DNA from: Octopus vulgaris
Taxonomy: Eukaryota
Assembly: GCA_951406725.2 (NCBI GenBank)
Contig: OX597832.1
Location: 50,158,001 to 50,222,000 of the forward strand
Direction of reading: 5' to 3'
Length of the DNA: 64,000 nucleotides
Positions 13,375 to 26,005 of this stretch are shown here, in pieces; the first letter of the stretch is position 1; the number at the start of each line of letters is the position of its first letter. Under the pieces are notes generated by a model. It searched no databases. It was not told the origin of the DNA and saw only the letters and a list, made by a program, of their open reading frames with translations. The translations under genes were made by a program, and so were the position numbers.

Positions 13375-13594
13375 CCCTTTCATTACCGTATTTACTTTGA
13401 GATGCTCTGTTTCTTTCAATTATTTTAAATATAACAAAGAATTTAGTAAAATAACTTAGTTATCATTAAGCTAGTGTTAGGAACATAAATTGTGACTAAG
13501 GTTTTGGTGGAAGATTTTAATTCAGAACTTATGGAAACAAGACATTTGTACTACAGAGCCAGAGCTGGTTTCAGCCGGGATGGTAATGAAAGGG
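13375..13594. mobile_element. piggyBac-type MITE (subfamily 1), 220 bp
   Basis: TTAA|CCCTTTCATTACC ... GGTAATGAAAGGG|TTAA; perfect 13-bp TIR. Confidence 0.9.
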
Positions 13595-13783
13595 TTAAGA
13601 ATATTGTAGAACGGAAACTCTTCATAGATTGGAATTTAAATCCTAATCTCTATAGACCAGAGTTGTGAGCAGTTCTGGGTCTTAGCCCTCCTTGAGGTAA
13701 GCGATATCCAGGAAGTCAACCTATATTGTTACTGTTGGGGTTTCTCATTGTGAAAAATTTCACATCCCAGCCTCAGAGGCCTC

Positions 13784-13840
<57 letters not shown>

Positions 13841-14287
13841 GTACATCTATTTCATTTGTGTGTATACATCTATGTGTGTGTGTGTGTATGATTGTATGTC
13901 TAAGTGAATGCATGTGTGTAACTTTCCTATTATGTGAATGCCTTCGGTCTACCGTTAATGTAATTATGCTCAATTATCCTTGCAATACAATCTTCTTCAC
14001 CCATGCCACTGCTTCTAATGTTACCATCTCGTTGTACAGTCTCGCAGGTGTATGTGTATGTACGTCTATGTATGCGTGTGCACGCGTGATCCTGTCTCTG
14101 TCATCTGAGTATTATTCAACACCCTGTGCTAATCACTGACACCACGAGCTAATTCCTTGTGTAAAGCTATATACCGTAGCATAGCCAATGTTTCTTCTTT
14201 TTCTTCTTCTTCTTTTCCTCTTGGTTGGAGATTCCTTGCCCCCCCACCTCCTCACGTCACTATCGTTTTTTATCGGCAGCGCTACAA

Positions 14288-14810
14288 TCACCATCACTAC
14301 CAGCCAAGTACCATCTCAACAGATAGGACTCTAGCGACCATCGTTACAATCACCACCACCACCACCACCACTGCTGTTGCCACCTCCTGTATAACTCTAG
14401 TGTCAACAATCCAGAGCTATCACCACCACCACCATCATCATCATCATCGGCACCACCACCATCACCATCATCATCATCTTCAAATATCATCACCTTCATC
14501 ATCACCACCACCACTACCACCACCACAGCCGCCACTACAATAATCTTCATCATCATGATCAATGCCACAACCACTACTTGTGCAACTCTAATTTCAACAA
14601 TTTAGAACTACCATCACCACCACCACCACCATCATTATTATCCTCATTATCATCTTCATCACCACCACCACCTCCACCACCACCACCACTACCACCTCCA
14701 CCACCACCACTGATATCTTCATCACAATTGTCGTGGTCATTGTAGTCACGAAGCTGACAGCCTCCACCAGTATCACCACCACCACCACCACCACCATGAC
14801 CATTCATCAC
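14288..14810. repeat. (CAC)/(CAT)n low-complexity region
   Basis: Direct inspection. Confidence 0.9.
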
Positions 14811-14980
14811 TTCCCAACCACTTTTCCTACCACCCCATTCTGCACCCCGCCACGGGGCATGAGTTGGTTCACCTCCACGCTTTTACCCATCTCACCTTTC
14901 ATCTTCTCATCAAGCTCCTTTCCATAACTTATATCTTATTTCAAGGACTCTTTCTTTGCTGTTTAGAAGCTGGACAAAGT

Positions 14981-14983
<3 letters not shown>

Positions 14984-15018
<35 letters not shown>

Positions 15019-15074
15019 AAAGAGAGAAAGAGAAAAAGAGAGAGAGAAAGAAAGAAAGAAAGAGAGAAAGAGAG

Positions 15075-15143
<69 letters not shown>

Positions 15144-15258
15144 AAAAGAAAGAAAGAAAGAGAGAGAGAGAAAAAGAAAGAAAGAAAGAGAGAGAGAAAA
15201 AGAAAGAAAGAAAGAAAGAAAGAGGGAGAGAGAAAAAGAAAGAAAGAAAGAAAGAAAA
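14984..15258. repeat. Pure polypurine (GA)n/(GAAA)n tract
   Basis: About 275 nt containing only G and A. Confidence 0.95.
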
Positions 15259-15650
15259 CCGTTGTGTGTGTGTGTTACAGGAAGATTTTTCAACATCAAT
15301 AGATATAATCAGCCAGCCAACCTATCCAGACACTCACCCGCCCATCCACCCAGCCACCAACAAACCAACCGGCTAGCCAACCAAATACTCAGCTATGTCC
15401 AATTGACCAATTGACTGGTTTATATCTCCGGCCACAGAGGCCTTACAAATTTGTTTCTTCTCTGGTTTGCACCTTGCCGCTTGCTCACCCCCTACCCTAC
15501 AACTTACACTGTGGTTGACAGTTCCAAAGATCACTGCGCAGTAACCAGTGACCTAACCCCAAATCTACAAGAGTTCTTTTAATTATATTGCAATTCCCAG
15601 AAATTCCACACTGACCAACTTTTCCCTTCAGGTTTCCCTTTTTCTCTTTC

Positions 15651-15688
<38 letters not shown>

Positions 15689-15801
15689 TCCTTTGCTCTC
15701 TTTCAATTTTCTCTCTTCTTCAGTTCAGGCTGATTGAGGCTGTGAGGGAAACTTATTGTAAATATTAGGGCACACAGGTCAGAGAAAGAGACAGACAGAC
15801 A

Positions 15802-15861
<60 letters not shown>

Positions 15862-16328
15862 GATAGGAAGAAAAAGAGAGATAGAAAAATGATGATGTTT
15901 TGGAATATTGTAGGGGTGGTAGGTAAAGAGAAGAGAGTGCAGGAATTCCTCTTCTGTGATTGAAATATTTATCTGGAACTGAGCAGAATGGAATGGCATG
16001 CAGCTGAAGCCAAAGCGAAGCCATATAAGAAGATTGCTGTAGAAGAGGGATGTAGCATTCACTTTGGTGACATGACAATCTCAATAGAAACTGTGAAACT
16101 GTATTGTAGTGTTGACAACATGCATATATATATATATATATATAATTTACAAAATAAGGGCAAAAGAAAAATTCTAATAAGGTATATATAATTTACAAAA
16201 TAAGGGCAGAAGAAAAATTCTAATCCCAAATATGCCGAAAAAAAAAGACAAAATTGTCAATAACCATTATAATTTATGCGTCTCGAAACAAACCGATAGA
16301 AAATTTCTAAAAAATCCGTTATTACCGT

Positions 16329-16380
16329 ATTGGTCCCAATTTCGTGGTTAATTCATAAGAATTTTTCCCTCTTCAGCGAT
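16329..16380 (-). ncRNA. Degenerate hammerhead motif
   Basis: Minus strand ATCG-CTGAAGA-GGG...CCAC-GAAA-TTGGG-AC-CAAT; shares GAAATTGGG with the 20130 motif; cleavage triplet mutated. Confidence 0.45.
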
Positions 16381-16433
16381 AAATACGTGAGATATAAATG
16401 AAATACTTACTCATACCCATGGAAAAAGGTATG

Positions 16434-16472
<39 letters not shown>

Positions 16473-16483
16473 GGCATCTAAGA

Positions 16484-16753
16484 GATACCACCATGCTGGA
16501 AATAGCAGTCAAAACTTGATTCTAAAACCACAATTTAATGTTCATACAGCACCAGGGGAGAAGACAAAAGGGCAAAATAAACTAGCAAAAAAATTACTGG
16601 ATAATCCCCCTCCCCCCCACGATACACATTTACTTATGTGCATATTCTTGCTAGTTTATTTTTGCCCTTTTTTCTTCTCTCCTGGTGCTGTATGAACATT
16701 AAATTGTGGTTTTAGAGTCAAGTTTTGGCTGCTATTTCCAGCGTGGTGGTATC
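16484..16753. repeat. Long inverted repeat (~105-bp arms, ~59-bp spacer)
   Basis: 16484-16588 is the near-perfect reverse complement of 16648-16753. Confidence 0.9.
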
Positions 16754-16930
16754 ATTTAACATCCATTATCCATGCTGGCATGGGTTGGATGGTGTGACCA
16801 GAGCTGGCAAACTGGAGTGGGGCTAGGGGATGCACTGAAGCCCACCATGTCTGATTTAGTATGGTTTCTATGATTGGATGGCCTTCCTAATGCCAACCAT
16901 TTAACAGAGTGTGCTGGGTGCTTTTACATG
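16750..16930 (-). mobile_element. SINE family B, diverged
   Basis: CCATGCTGGCATGGGTTGG...CCTTCCTAATGCCAACC. Confidence 0.7.
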
Positions 16931-17118
16931 ATGCTATATATATATATATATATATGCATTTGTTTGTATTGGACAAATCGGAGAGGAGATGTTCAATACA
17001 TGATGTTGAAAATATTCTCACTTGAAGATCACACTACCATGAAACTTGTGTGTGTGTGTGCATGTGTGTGCATACACACACATATATACATATACATACC
17101 CATATATATATATATGTT

Positions 17119-17149
<31 letters not shown>

Positions 17150-17214
17150 TTATATAAATAAAGATTTATATGTATAAACTATATATATGTTTATAGAGAG
17201 AGATATCATCTGCC

Positions 17215-17255
<41 letters not shown>

Positions 17256-18004
17256 ACCAGCATGGAAAACGAACGTTAGAGAATTACTTGCCTGTCTGTT
17301 TAAAGTTTCAGTGTAATGCGCAGATTGCCACCTTATTGTAAATTGATGTGCAGTTTGATGGCTGACAGTGGCAAAAGTCAAATGATTTCATAGAAGAATG
17401 AATTAATCATATTCACCCATGACAGAAGCTTCTTATAACCGGCATCTGAATATGCATTTCAGACAACATTGGCAGGTGTTAATTAATAAATCCTCATTGT
17501 GAAGCATTATAGGTAACATTCCCCAGACACACACACTCACTCACACACACATATACACACTCACACCTCCCTTCCCTTGATGAAATAATGCGTATGCATA
17601 TGCATAATGGTGTTTCTGTGAGTATACATGTGTGTGTGTCTGTGTGTAGACAGATAAATTTGAAGTATTGTAGCAGGATTTATACATGTATGGAGAGACA
17701 TGTATGTTTGTGTGAGGTGTGTATATATATATATATCCACTCACACACGCACACACACACATGGTGTGCTTCCTCACAGTTACCACTTACCAAATTCACT
17801 CAAAAGGCATTCTTTGACCTGTGGCTATTATAGAAGACGTGTGTGTATATATATCCAAACGACGTAAGAAGCCCCATCTGAACAACATAAAAAGCACAAT
17901 CTAAATGTGGCTGATGCCAGAGCTGCCTGACTGGCTCCTATGCCAGTAGCACTTAAAGAGCACCCACTACACTCTCAAAGTGGTTCGCATTAGAAAAGAC
18001 ATCA

Positions 18005-18200
18005 CGCTGGCAGAATGGTTAGCATGCTGGATGAAATGCTTAACAGTATTTCGCCCATTGCTACATTCTGAGATCAAATTCTGCCAAGGTCGACTCTGCC
18101 TTTCATCCTTTAGGGGTCAATAAATTAAGTACTAGTGAAACACTGGCATTAATGTAATCAATCCCACAAAATTTCAGGCCTTGTGCCTTTAGTAGAAAGG
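18005..18200 (+). mobile_element. SINE family C
   Basis: GCTGGCAGAA head; GCCTTTCATCCTTTAGGGGTCAATAAATTAAGTAC. Confidence 0.75.
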
Positions 18201-18400
18201 TTTATGATTTATCGGAAAAAGTTATAGATTGCGTCAAGGGCCTACAGTTTGGGACAATGGCGCTTACCAATAAGTGTGTGTATGTGTGTTTGTGTTAATG
18301 GATGGAGTACTGAGTACATCATGCAAACTATTAATTATTAATTTGTGTCTTAGACAAAGAAAACAAAAAGAATGTGGTCTTTTTCTGCAGGTGAATGACA

Positions 18401-18442
18401 ACTATTGACTTGTTTCAGTTTATTTGACCTCATCAGTACAGT
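18401..18442 (-). ncRNA. Minimal type-I hammerhead motif
   Basis: Minus strand ACTGTA-CTGATGA-GGT caaataa ACT-GAAA-CAAG-TC-AATAGT; intact core and GUC site, one stem I mismatch. Confidence 0.6.
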
Positions 18443-18855
18443 ATATTTTACTCATTGCTTGATCTATTGATAAAGATTTTGATATACAGGAAAAGTTATG
18501 AAGCTATGAATAATTTTTGCTGGTATAATTTGCATAATTGAAGAAATAAGATAAAACTAAAGGGAAATAACTCAAATGAGCCGATGTCATGAATTTGTGC
18601 ACATTGAGTTAAGGTGGGAGTGGGGATGATGTACTGAAAACCATGAGCAAAAATTCTTATTTTAAATTTCTGTCTTACACCTCAGTGTGCATACATATAT
18701 ACATATGTGTGTGTGTGTCTTTGCATGTGTGTGTGTATATATATATATATCATCATCATCGTTTAACGTCCGCTTTCCATGCTAGCATGGGTATACATAT
18801 AGATGTAGATATGTACATGTATGTATGTATGCATATGTTTTATTTATTAAATTGT

Positions 18856-18898
<43 letters not shown>

Positions 18899-19069
18899 CA
18901 TGTATACTCGTGTCTGCACATACGTATATATACACATATACATATGTGTGTGTATGTATGTGTATATATATATATATATATATATACACATACACATGCG
19001 TGTGCACATATGTATGCACTTATATAAATATGTAGACATATATATATTTATATATACATACATTATATA

Positions 19070-19240
19070 TATATCTGTATGTATTTATGTACATACAGTA
19101 TATACATTTGTATATATTTATATACATACATTATATACATTTGTATATATTTATATACATACATTATATACATTTGTATATATTTATATACTTACATTAT
19201 ATACATTTGTATATATTCATGTACATACAGTATATACACA
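19070..19240. repeat. 33-bp AT-rich minisatellite (~4-5 units)
   Basis: TATATACATTTGTATATATTTATATACATACAT repeated. Confidence 0.85.
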
Positions 19241-20129
19241 GACACACACATGCATAGGCACTTGCGCACACACACACACACACACACATTAAAATATTCT
19301 CAGTTTTGAAATCCACTCTTTCTAAAGATACGTTTCGTGAGCCAATCAACATATCTGATTATGGAGTCACAATTAAGCTATTGATATTGTCACATATGAC
19401 ATGCAACATTTGCAGGGAGAATATTATTATCATCACTGGTATAAATATTTCATTGAGTGCAGCACATATTCGGCCCCAAACTTTGAATATTCCAGCATCA
19501 CATGTTTGATATTATTGCCCTCCTACTCCCATTACCCCTTTCTTTTTTTTTTTTTTTCCTTTTAATTCTACATGAAAATGGTTCCTGATTTCAATATCCC
19601 ACTGAGATCTAATTTAATTATGACAGAACATTATTCATTGTGAGAGATAATTTTGTTAGCATATAGAAATATAAGAATAGACATGAGTCAAGAATTCATG
19701 ATATGGAATCAATTTACTTAAAGAAATATTCATTTCTGTGAAAGCAAAATGGCTGTATGAATGTACTTTTAGATTATCAGTTAAAACATTTTGAGTTCTG
19801 TTCTACTGTAGATCTTTTCGTTGTTGTTATTGTTGTTGTGATCAACCACATCCATGGGGCCACACGTAGTTGGAAAAATGCCTTGATGTGGCCCACAGAT
19901 TTATTGCTCAAGGAATAGCATGTCACTCCTCCCGACCATAATTTTGCACTCTTTTCACATTGTTCCTCTCATAGGGATGTGCTGTGAGAATTTCTCGATA
20001 TCTATTTTATTTTTGGTTAAATTATGTATATCTTACATAATTTTGGTCTTAGGAAGAGCATCTAGCTGCAGAAATCATATCATGCGGATGTCTCGTGTAT
20101 AGTTCTGCAAATTTTATTTTGCTATGATG

Positions 20130-20201
20130 ATCACACTGATGAGTTGTGGACAATTACGCAAGTAATTACCTAAGTGGTAACAACGAAATTGGGTTTGTGA
20201 T
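20130..20201 (+). ncRNA. Type-I hammerhead ribozyme motif
   Basis: ATCACA-CTGATGA-GTTGT [32 nt] ACAAC-GAAA-TTGGG-TT-TGTGAT; stems I and II perfectly paired. Confidence 0.7.
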
Positions 20202-20879
20202 TAATCTTTATATTTTGTATCTTTTCATTTGTCTTGCTCGCTTACATTCTGGTATTTGCTAAATTTTCTTGAGAACAATCCTTTCTTAGTGGTAAGACCA
20301 TAGGGTGTCTACTTCTAGCATAATGGATGTCCACTTAGTGGTCATCCCTCTTATATGTATGTAATATATATATATATGTGTGTGTGTGTAAAAAGGTTGA
20401 ATTAGATTCATCCTTTAATTTGGAGGTTTCCAAAAAAGAATTAATTAATTAAATTTATTAGATTAACTTAATTAGATTAAATTAAATTAAATTAAATTAA
20501 TTATATATTGCTGTACTCTTCAGTGCAAGAAGTTTAAATAAAATTTTTGCAAAGGACTTGAGAAACGAAAAAGCAGAATAGAATTTAGGAGATTCATATT
20601 TATCCTCATGAGAAAGAAAGATATGTGTGAGTTCAGTTAGGTATTAACTAAAACTTATATACTTATATATATATATATATGCATATATACATACCTGCAT
20701 ACATATACATACATTCATACATCATAGTGAAAGTAATGGAAATGAAACTAATATATATATATGCATAGTAAAAGTATTATCTCACATTACAATAGAGATG
20801 TTATTGTTTCACTTTTGACACGTAATACTGAATTAGTGTAAGAGATAAGAGATTGCTCTGGGTTTGCATTACGCAAGAA

Positions 20880-21012
20880 GTTGAAAGGGTTTTTGGCCCA
20901 TGACACTGCATGGAGTTAGTAAGGCATGTGTAAAATTTAAATGAAATCAGTTGGGTAGTTCTTGAGTTTTAGTGATGCACACAGATAGATACAAACACAC
21001 ATTCTCAGTTAT
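20880..21012 (+). mobile_element. Helitron-like (Lep1-type) 3' fragment
   Basis: GTGTAAAATTTAAATGAAATCAGTTGGGTAGTTCTTGAG...ACAGATAGATAC...ATTCTCAGTT. Confidence 0.4.
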
Positions 21013-21034
21013 GTGTGTGTGTGTGTGTTTTTGT

Positions 21035-21237
21035 GTTTGTTCCGCACCACTGCTTGACAACCGGTGTTGGTGTGTTTACACTCCATAACTTAGCAGTTTG
21101 GCAAAATGGACCAATAGAATAAGTACCAGACTTGAACCCAAAAATAAATACTGGAGTCGATTCATTAAACTAATATTCCTCAAGGCATTGCTCCAGCATG
21201 GCTGCAGTCTAATGTTTGAAACAAGTACAATAAAGAT
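21035..21237 (+). mobile_element. SINE family A 3' half
   Basis: GCTTGACAACCGG...CTCCAGCATGGCTGCAGTC...GAAACAAGTA. Confidence 0.75.
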
Positions 21238-21741
21238 ACAATTATTTGCTATTTACAATATGTCAAACACTGGAGAGAATGTGAACCCTCAGGGATCCAA
21301 GTGCACGACCCAAACGTTTTCAGTTTTTTGTCAGAGCTAGTCCATTTATATAACAGATGCGTTTCCCAAGTGAGACATCCATTATTCACTGCATTCCTAA
21401 CAATTTTATTTGTTTTAGGTTTTTTTAAAAACCATTTTCAGAATTTAACTAATAATGGAAAAATAAGGCTTATAGGTTTTTTTTCTGTGAGTGGTATGGG
21501 AGGGTAATTCTTCTCTTGTATTAGGATTCTTTCTCCTCTTCCCAGTTCTTTGACAAATTGAGTACTGGGAGAAGGATCTGTTCTTTGAGCAAAAAAACTC
21601 TTACTAACTGAGAATAAGTGTCTTCTTAAGAATCAACTAGACACCTTATTCTTTTTTTATGGCTATTTGCAGAATCACTCCAATCAGTTTTCATTTGTTT
21701 ATTTATTTGTGTGTATGCAGGTATTTTATGATATTTAAACA

Positions 21742-22179
21742 GGCGCAGGAGTGGCTGTGTGGTAAGTAGCTTGCTTACCAACCACATGGTTCCAGGTTCA
21801 GTCCCACTGCGTGGCATCTTGGGCAAGTGTCTTCTGCTATAGCCTCGGGCCGACCAATGCCTTGTGAGTGGATTTGGTAGACGGAAACTGAAAGAAGCCT
21901 GTTGTATATATGTATATATATATATATATGTATATATATGTATGTGTGTGTATTTGTTTGTATGTCTGTGTTTGTCCCCCTAGCATTGCTTGACAACCGA
22001 TGCTGGTGTGTTTACGTCCCCGTCACTTAGCGATTCGGCAAAAGAGACCGATAGAATAAGTACTGGGCTTACAAAGAATAAGTCCCGGGGACAATTTTAC
22101 TCGACTAAAGGCGGTGCTCCAGCATGGCCACAGTCAAATGACTGAAACAAGTAAAAAGAGTAAAAAAGAGCAAAAAGAG
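21742..22179 (+). mobile_element. SINE family A, full length young copy
   Basis: GGCGCAGGAGTGGCTGTGTGG... through (GTAAAAAGA)n tail. Confidence 0.92.
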
Positions 22180-22937
22180 TTTTAAAAAAATATTATTAAT
22201 AAAGGTATTTTTCTCTCTTGTCTCAACAAGTTTTTCTCCTTCATACTGGAATTGGTTTGGAGTAGTGTATCTCATTTGTTACCAGGTATAAGACTATCAT
22301 TATCTGGTCCTTCAGTGCCTTTGGCAAACATTTGGACAGGGTCTCCAAGTGATATAGGTTCAGTATCTTCATTGTGCTGCTTCCTTCTACAGCAACTGTC
22401 AAGATACAGGATCAGGTATTTGCCCTCCCTTTCCCATCCCAGCAATCTCAGAAACACTATAAAAGTCAAGGACCTTGCCATTCCTTCTCTGACTAATTCA
22501 GTAAAGAAAGAAGAAAAAATGCAATCAAATTTTTCCTTTAATTTTCATTCAGTTTTTCTTTGGTTTTTAAATCCAGAGAAACCTTAACCTGGAAGATTTT
22601 GAGCATTTTTCTAAATTTTTTTTTTTGTGTGTGCGTCTGCTTAAGTAGATAATAATTATGGGATTTTCAATTGCTGTTGTTATTCCTCTTTTTTTTCTCT
22701 TCACTTTATTTATTACATTCCCATATAATAACAGAGGGGTGGTCTTCCTTCAAGCTAAAACCCGTTATCTTCAGATTCCAGTTCCGTGTTGGATTTATTT
22801 ATATTTTGAAGAATTAATACTCTAAGGGTAATTCTTCCTTTCCTTTTCTTTTTTTGTTTTTAGAGATTTGGATCATTTCTTTAATTGCTAATAACAGAAA
22901 AATAAACCCCCTAATAATAATAATAATAATAATAATA

Positions 22938-23493
22938 AATGCCCTGATGCAGTACCAGGCAGTGGCTCTCGTAGCTTCTGATCTTAACTGATTGGAAGTG
23001 TTATCATGTACATTGTTTTGTCTTGGTATAAAAGATGGGCTACAGCAAATATTCTGCTCAATACCACAGATTTGCTGGTCAGTTGTTTGACCTTAACCAA
23101 TTGACCATGTCCCTTGGTGGCTGACGATATGTGTATCTGCAACCACGAGCAGAAGTAGTGGGGAGCATCATAGCCATGTGTTGAAAGGAATTCTTGAAGG
23201 TTTGGATACTTCACCTTTGGAAACATGGGTGGTTCGTTCAACATCCTTAAACAATCCTTATTCAGGGACCTTTTGAGCAGGATGAGCTACTCAACCTGAA
23301 GAAAATTCTAACTGGGCCCCACATGCAAGGTCATGTGCTTTTTATCTTGATATGAGATCACCATGTTGTGCACATATGGTTGTGATGCATGTACCTGGTG
23401 TACCCTTATCAGACAGGTAGTCATGATGGGTATACTGGGCTTCGTATATTTTACCCCACTGTCACTTTGATGGCATGCACTGCTCTCTCATTC
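22938..23493 (+). mobile_element. Element G (~555 bp, non-coding) embedded in (TAA)n
   Basis: (TAA)n on both flanks; second copy at 7027-7335; no TIR, long ORF or pol III boxes seen; orientation is a guess. Confidence 0.8.
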
Positions 23494-23529
23494 AATAATA
23501 ATAATAATAATAATAATAGTTATAATAAT

Positions 23530-24134
23530 GATTTCTAATTTAGGCACAAAGCCAGTAATTCTAAAAAAAGGGGTTTAGTAACTCACTTTGACCCCAGTAG
23601 TTGACTGGTGCTTTATGTTATTGACCCAGAGGGATGAAAGGAAAAGTTGTATTTGGCTGGATTGAACTCAGAACGCAAAGAGCCTGAAAACATATCACAG
23701 AACATCACACCCTCCATGCTCTAATGATCCTGTCACCTATTCAATGTTGATAGTGTTAATAATAATAATAATAATGATAACCCTTTCTGCTACAGGCACA
23801 AGGCCTGAAATTTTGGGGGAAGGGGCCAGTCGATTAGATTGGCCCCAGTATGCAACTGCTGCTTAATTTATTGACCCTGAAATGATGAAAGGCAAAGTTG
23901 ACCTTGGTGGAATTTGAACTTAGAATGTAGCAACAGGCAAAATGCCGTTAAATTTCGTCCAGCATGCTAAATAATAATAATAATAATATAATGATGATGA
24001 TGATTTAAAATTTGAACCATGAATGTAAAACATGAAATGCCTTGGTACTTAATTTATCGATCCTTGAAATGATGAAAGACAAAGTCAGCCTCTGGTGGAA
24101 TTTGAACCATGAATGTAAAACATGAAATGCCTTG
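23530..24134 (-). mobile_element. Cluster of three diverged family C SINEs separated by (AAT)n
   Basis: Repeated GACCC...GATGAAAGGCAAAGTTGACC...GAATTTGAAC motifs. Confidence 0.7.
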
Positions 24135-24981
24135 CACTGTGATTGAAACCAGAACTACGTGGCTGTTGTAAATTAATCTTCTTTACCACACAGCAAAACC
24201 TGTGCAATGCTCTCTCTCTCTCTCACTCACTCTGTCTGTCTCTCTCTGTCTCTTTCTCTGGCTGTCTGTCTGTCTGTCTCTCGTACTGTTTTATATGGTA
24301 TATGTCTAGTGAAAGTGACAGCTTGGTTTCAACAGTCAACTAAAATTTTCACTGATATCTCATTGCTGTAGGCTAGATATGACCTATACAATGGCAGTAG
24401 GCTGGGGCCATTGTTAATGCCATGTCATGTATGAGAAGTGGATGGAATAAATTTAGCCAAAGTCTCTTTTCTTTCTCCTCTCTTTCCTCTCTATTTTCTC
24501 TTTTCCCCTTCTGTCTCTCTCACATACACATGCACACTCCATTTAGCTTAACAGCTCTTCTGCAAATATGTACAGTTTGTATGGATTGCTTACTTTATGA
24601 TTTGGACATTTTGTATGAAGTGTTTTTATAGTCGAATGCTCTTCCTCCTAACATGTTGATAAGTCAACCGTGAAATATAAGTAGAACTGGTAGATGTTTT
24701 CCAGTTAGATTTATTGGGAAACTGAAACTAAAAACAACTAAAAAAAAAAAAAAGAAAAAGAAAATACATAAATAAAAATAACAAGAAGCAACAAAAACAA
24801 AACCATTCTACAACTGTCTATCTCTTTCTATATCTGGCTTGAACTTCTGATCTCTTCTATTGTTGTTGCTTACCCTCTTCCACCCCACCCCGCCATCCTC
24901 TGTGAGTAGACTTATATTCAAGAGCAATTCAACCATGACCATCTCTTTATATATATATATACACACACACACACATATAGT

Positions 24982-25021
<40 letters not shown>

Positions 25022-25035
25022 GTCCTATATATATA

Positions 25036-25212
25036 TCATCATCATCATCATCATCTTTTAACGTCCGTTTTCCATGCTAGCATGGGTTGGACGATTTGAC
25101 TGAGGTCTGACAAACCAGATGGCTGCACCAGGCTCCAGTCTTGATCTGGCAGAGTTTCTGCGGCTGGATGCCTTTCCTAATGCCAACCACTCCAAATTTT
25201 TACGTGCCACCT
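25036..25212 (-). mobile_element. SINE family B
   Basis: (CAT)n TTTAACGTCCGTTTTCCATGCTAGCATGGG. Confidence 0.85.
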
Positions 25213-25599
25213 GCATATATATATCTATCTATGTATCTATCTAGTCCTATATATATATATATATGTTTATATATGACTACATTGTCCAATGTGACCTTCA
25301 TTTTTAAGATGATAGTATGTGATTTGAGAGTGATTTTACTACTGTTTCTAGCAAATCAAATGACTATATTGCCCAGTATTCTGTATAAAGGGGCATCTGT
25401 GAGTCTTGTAAAGGTGTGGAGGGAATGTGTGAAGAAATTGTCGTAACTTGATATATATAATTAAGTAGATTTTTCCAACTTTCCAACTTGTCCAACATCA
25501 TGACAAGAAAAGAATTGCATGAATGGAAAATCTATTTTGAGCTGGTCGAATTGTCAGTGCATTGGAAATGATTGTTCAGTGTCATGCGTCTTCTGACTC

Positions 25600-26005
25600 T
25601 TTGGTTCTGAGTTCAAATTCTGTTGCGGCCAGCTTTGTGCTTCATCCTCTCAGGGTTGATGAAATAAGTACCAATTGAGCACTGGGATCACTGTAATCAA
25701 CCAGCCCCTTGCTCCCAAATTTCAGGCTTTGTGCCTGTAGTAGAAAGGATTTATATGACAAACCCTGGCACCATACCTGTATTATTATTGTTATTGCAAT
25801 GAGCGGGCAGTATCATAAGTGCATCAGACGAAAATCCCTAACAGCATTTCTTCCAGTTCTTTATATTCTAAGTTCAAATTCTGCCAAGGTCATCTCTGTC
25901 TTTCAATCTTTCAGGGTTGTTAAAATAGGTACCAGTCGAGTACTGGAACTGATGTAATCAACTCCCTCTAAAATTGCTAGCCTTGCACCAAAATTTGAAA
26001 CCATT
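25600..26005 (+). mobile_element. Two diverged family C SINEs in tandem
   Basis: TTCTGAGTTCAAATTC...CATCC...AATAAGTACC motif twice. Confidence 0.7.
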
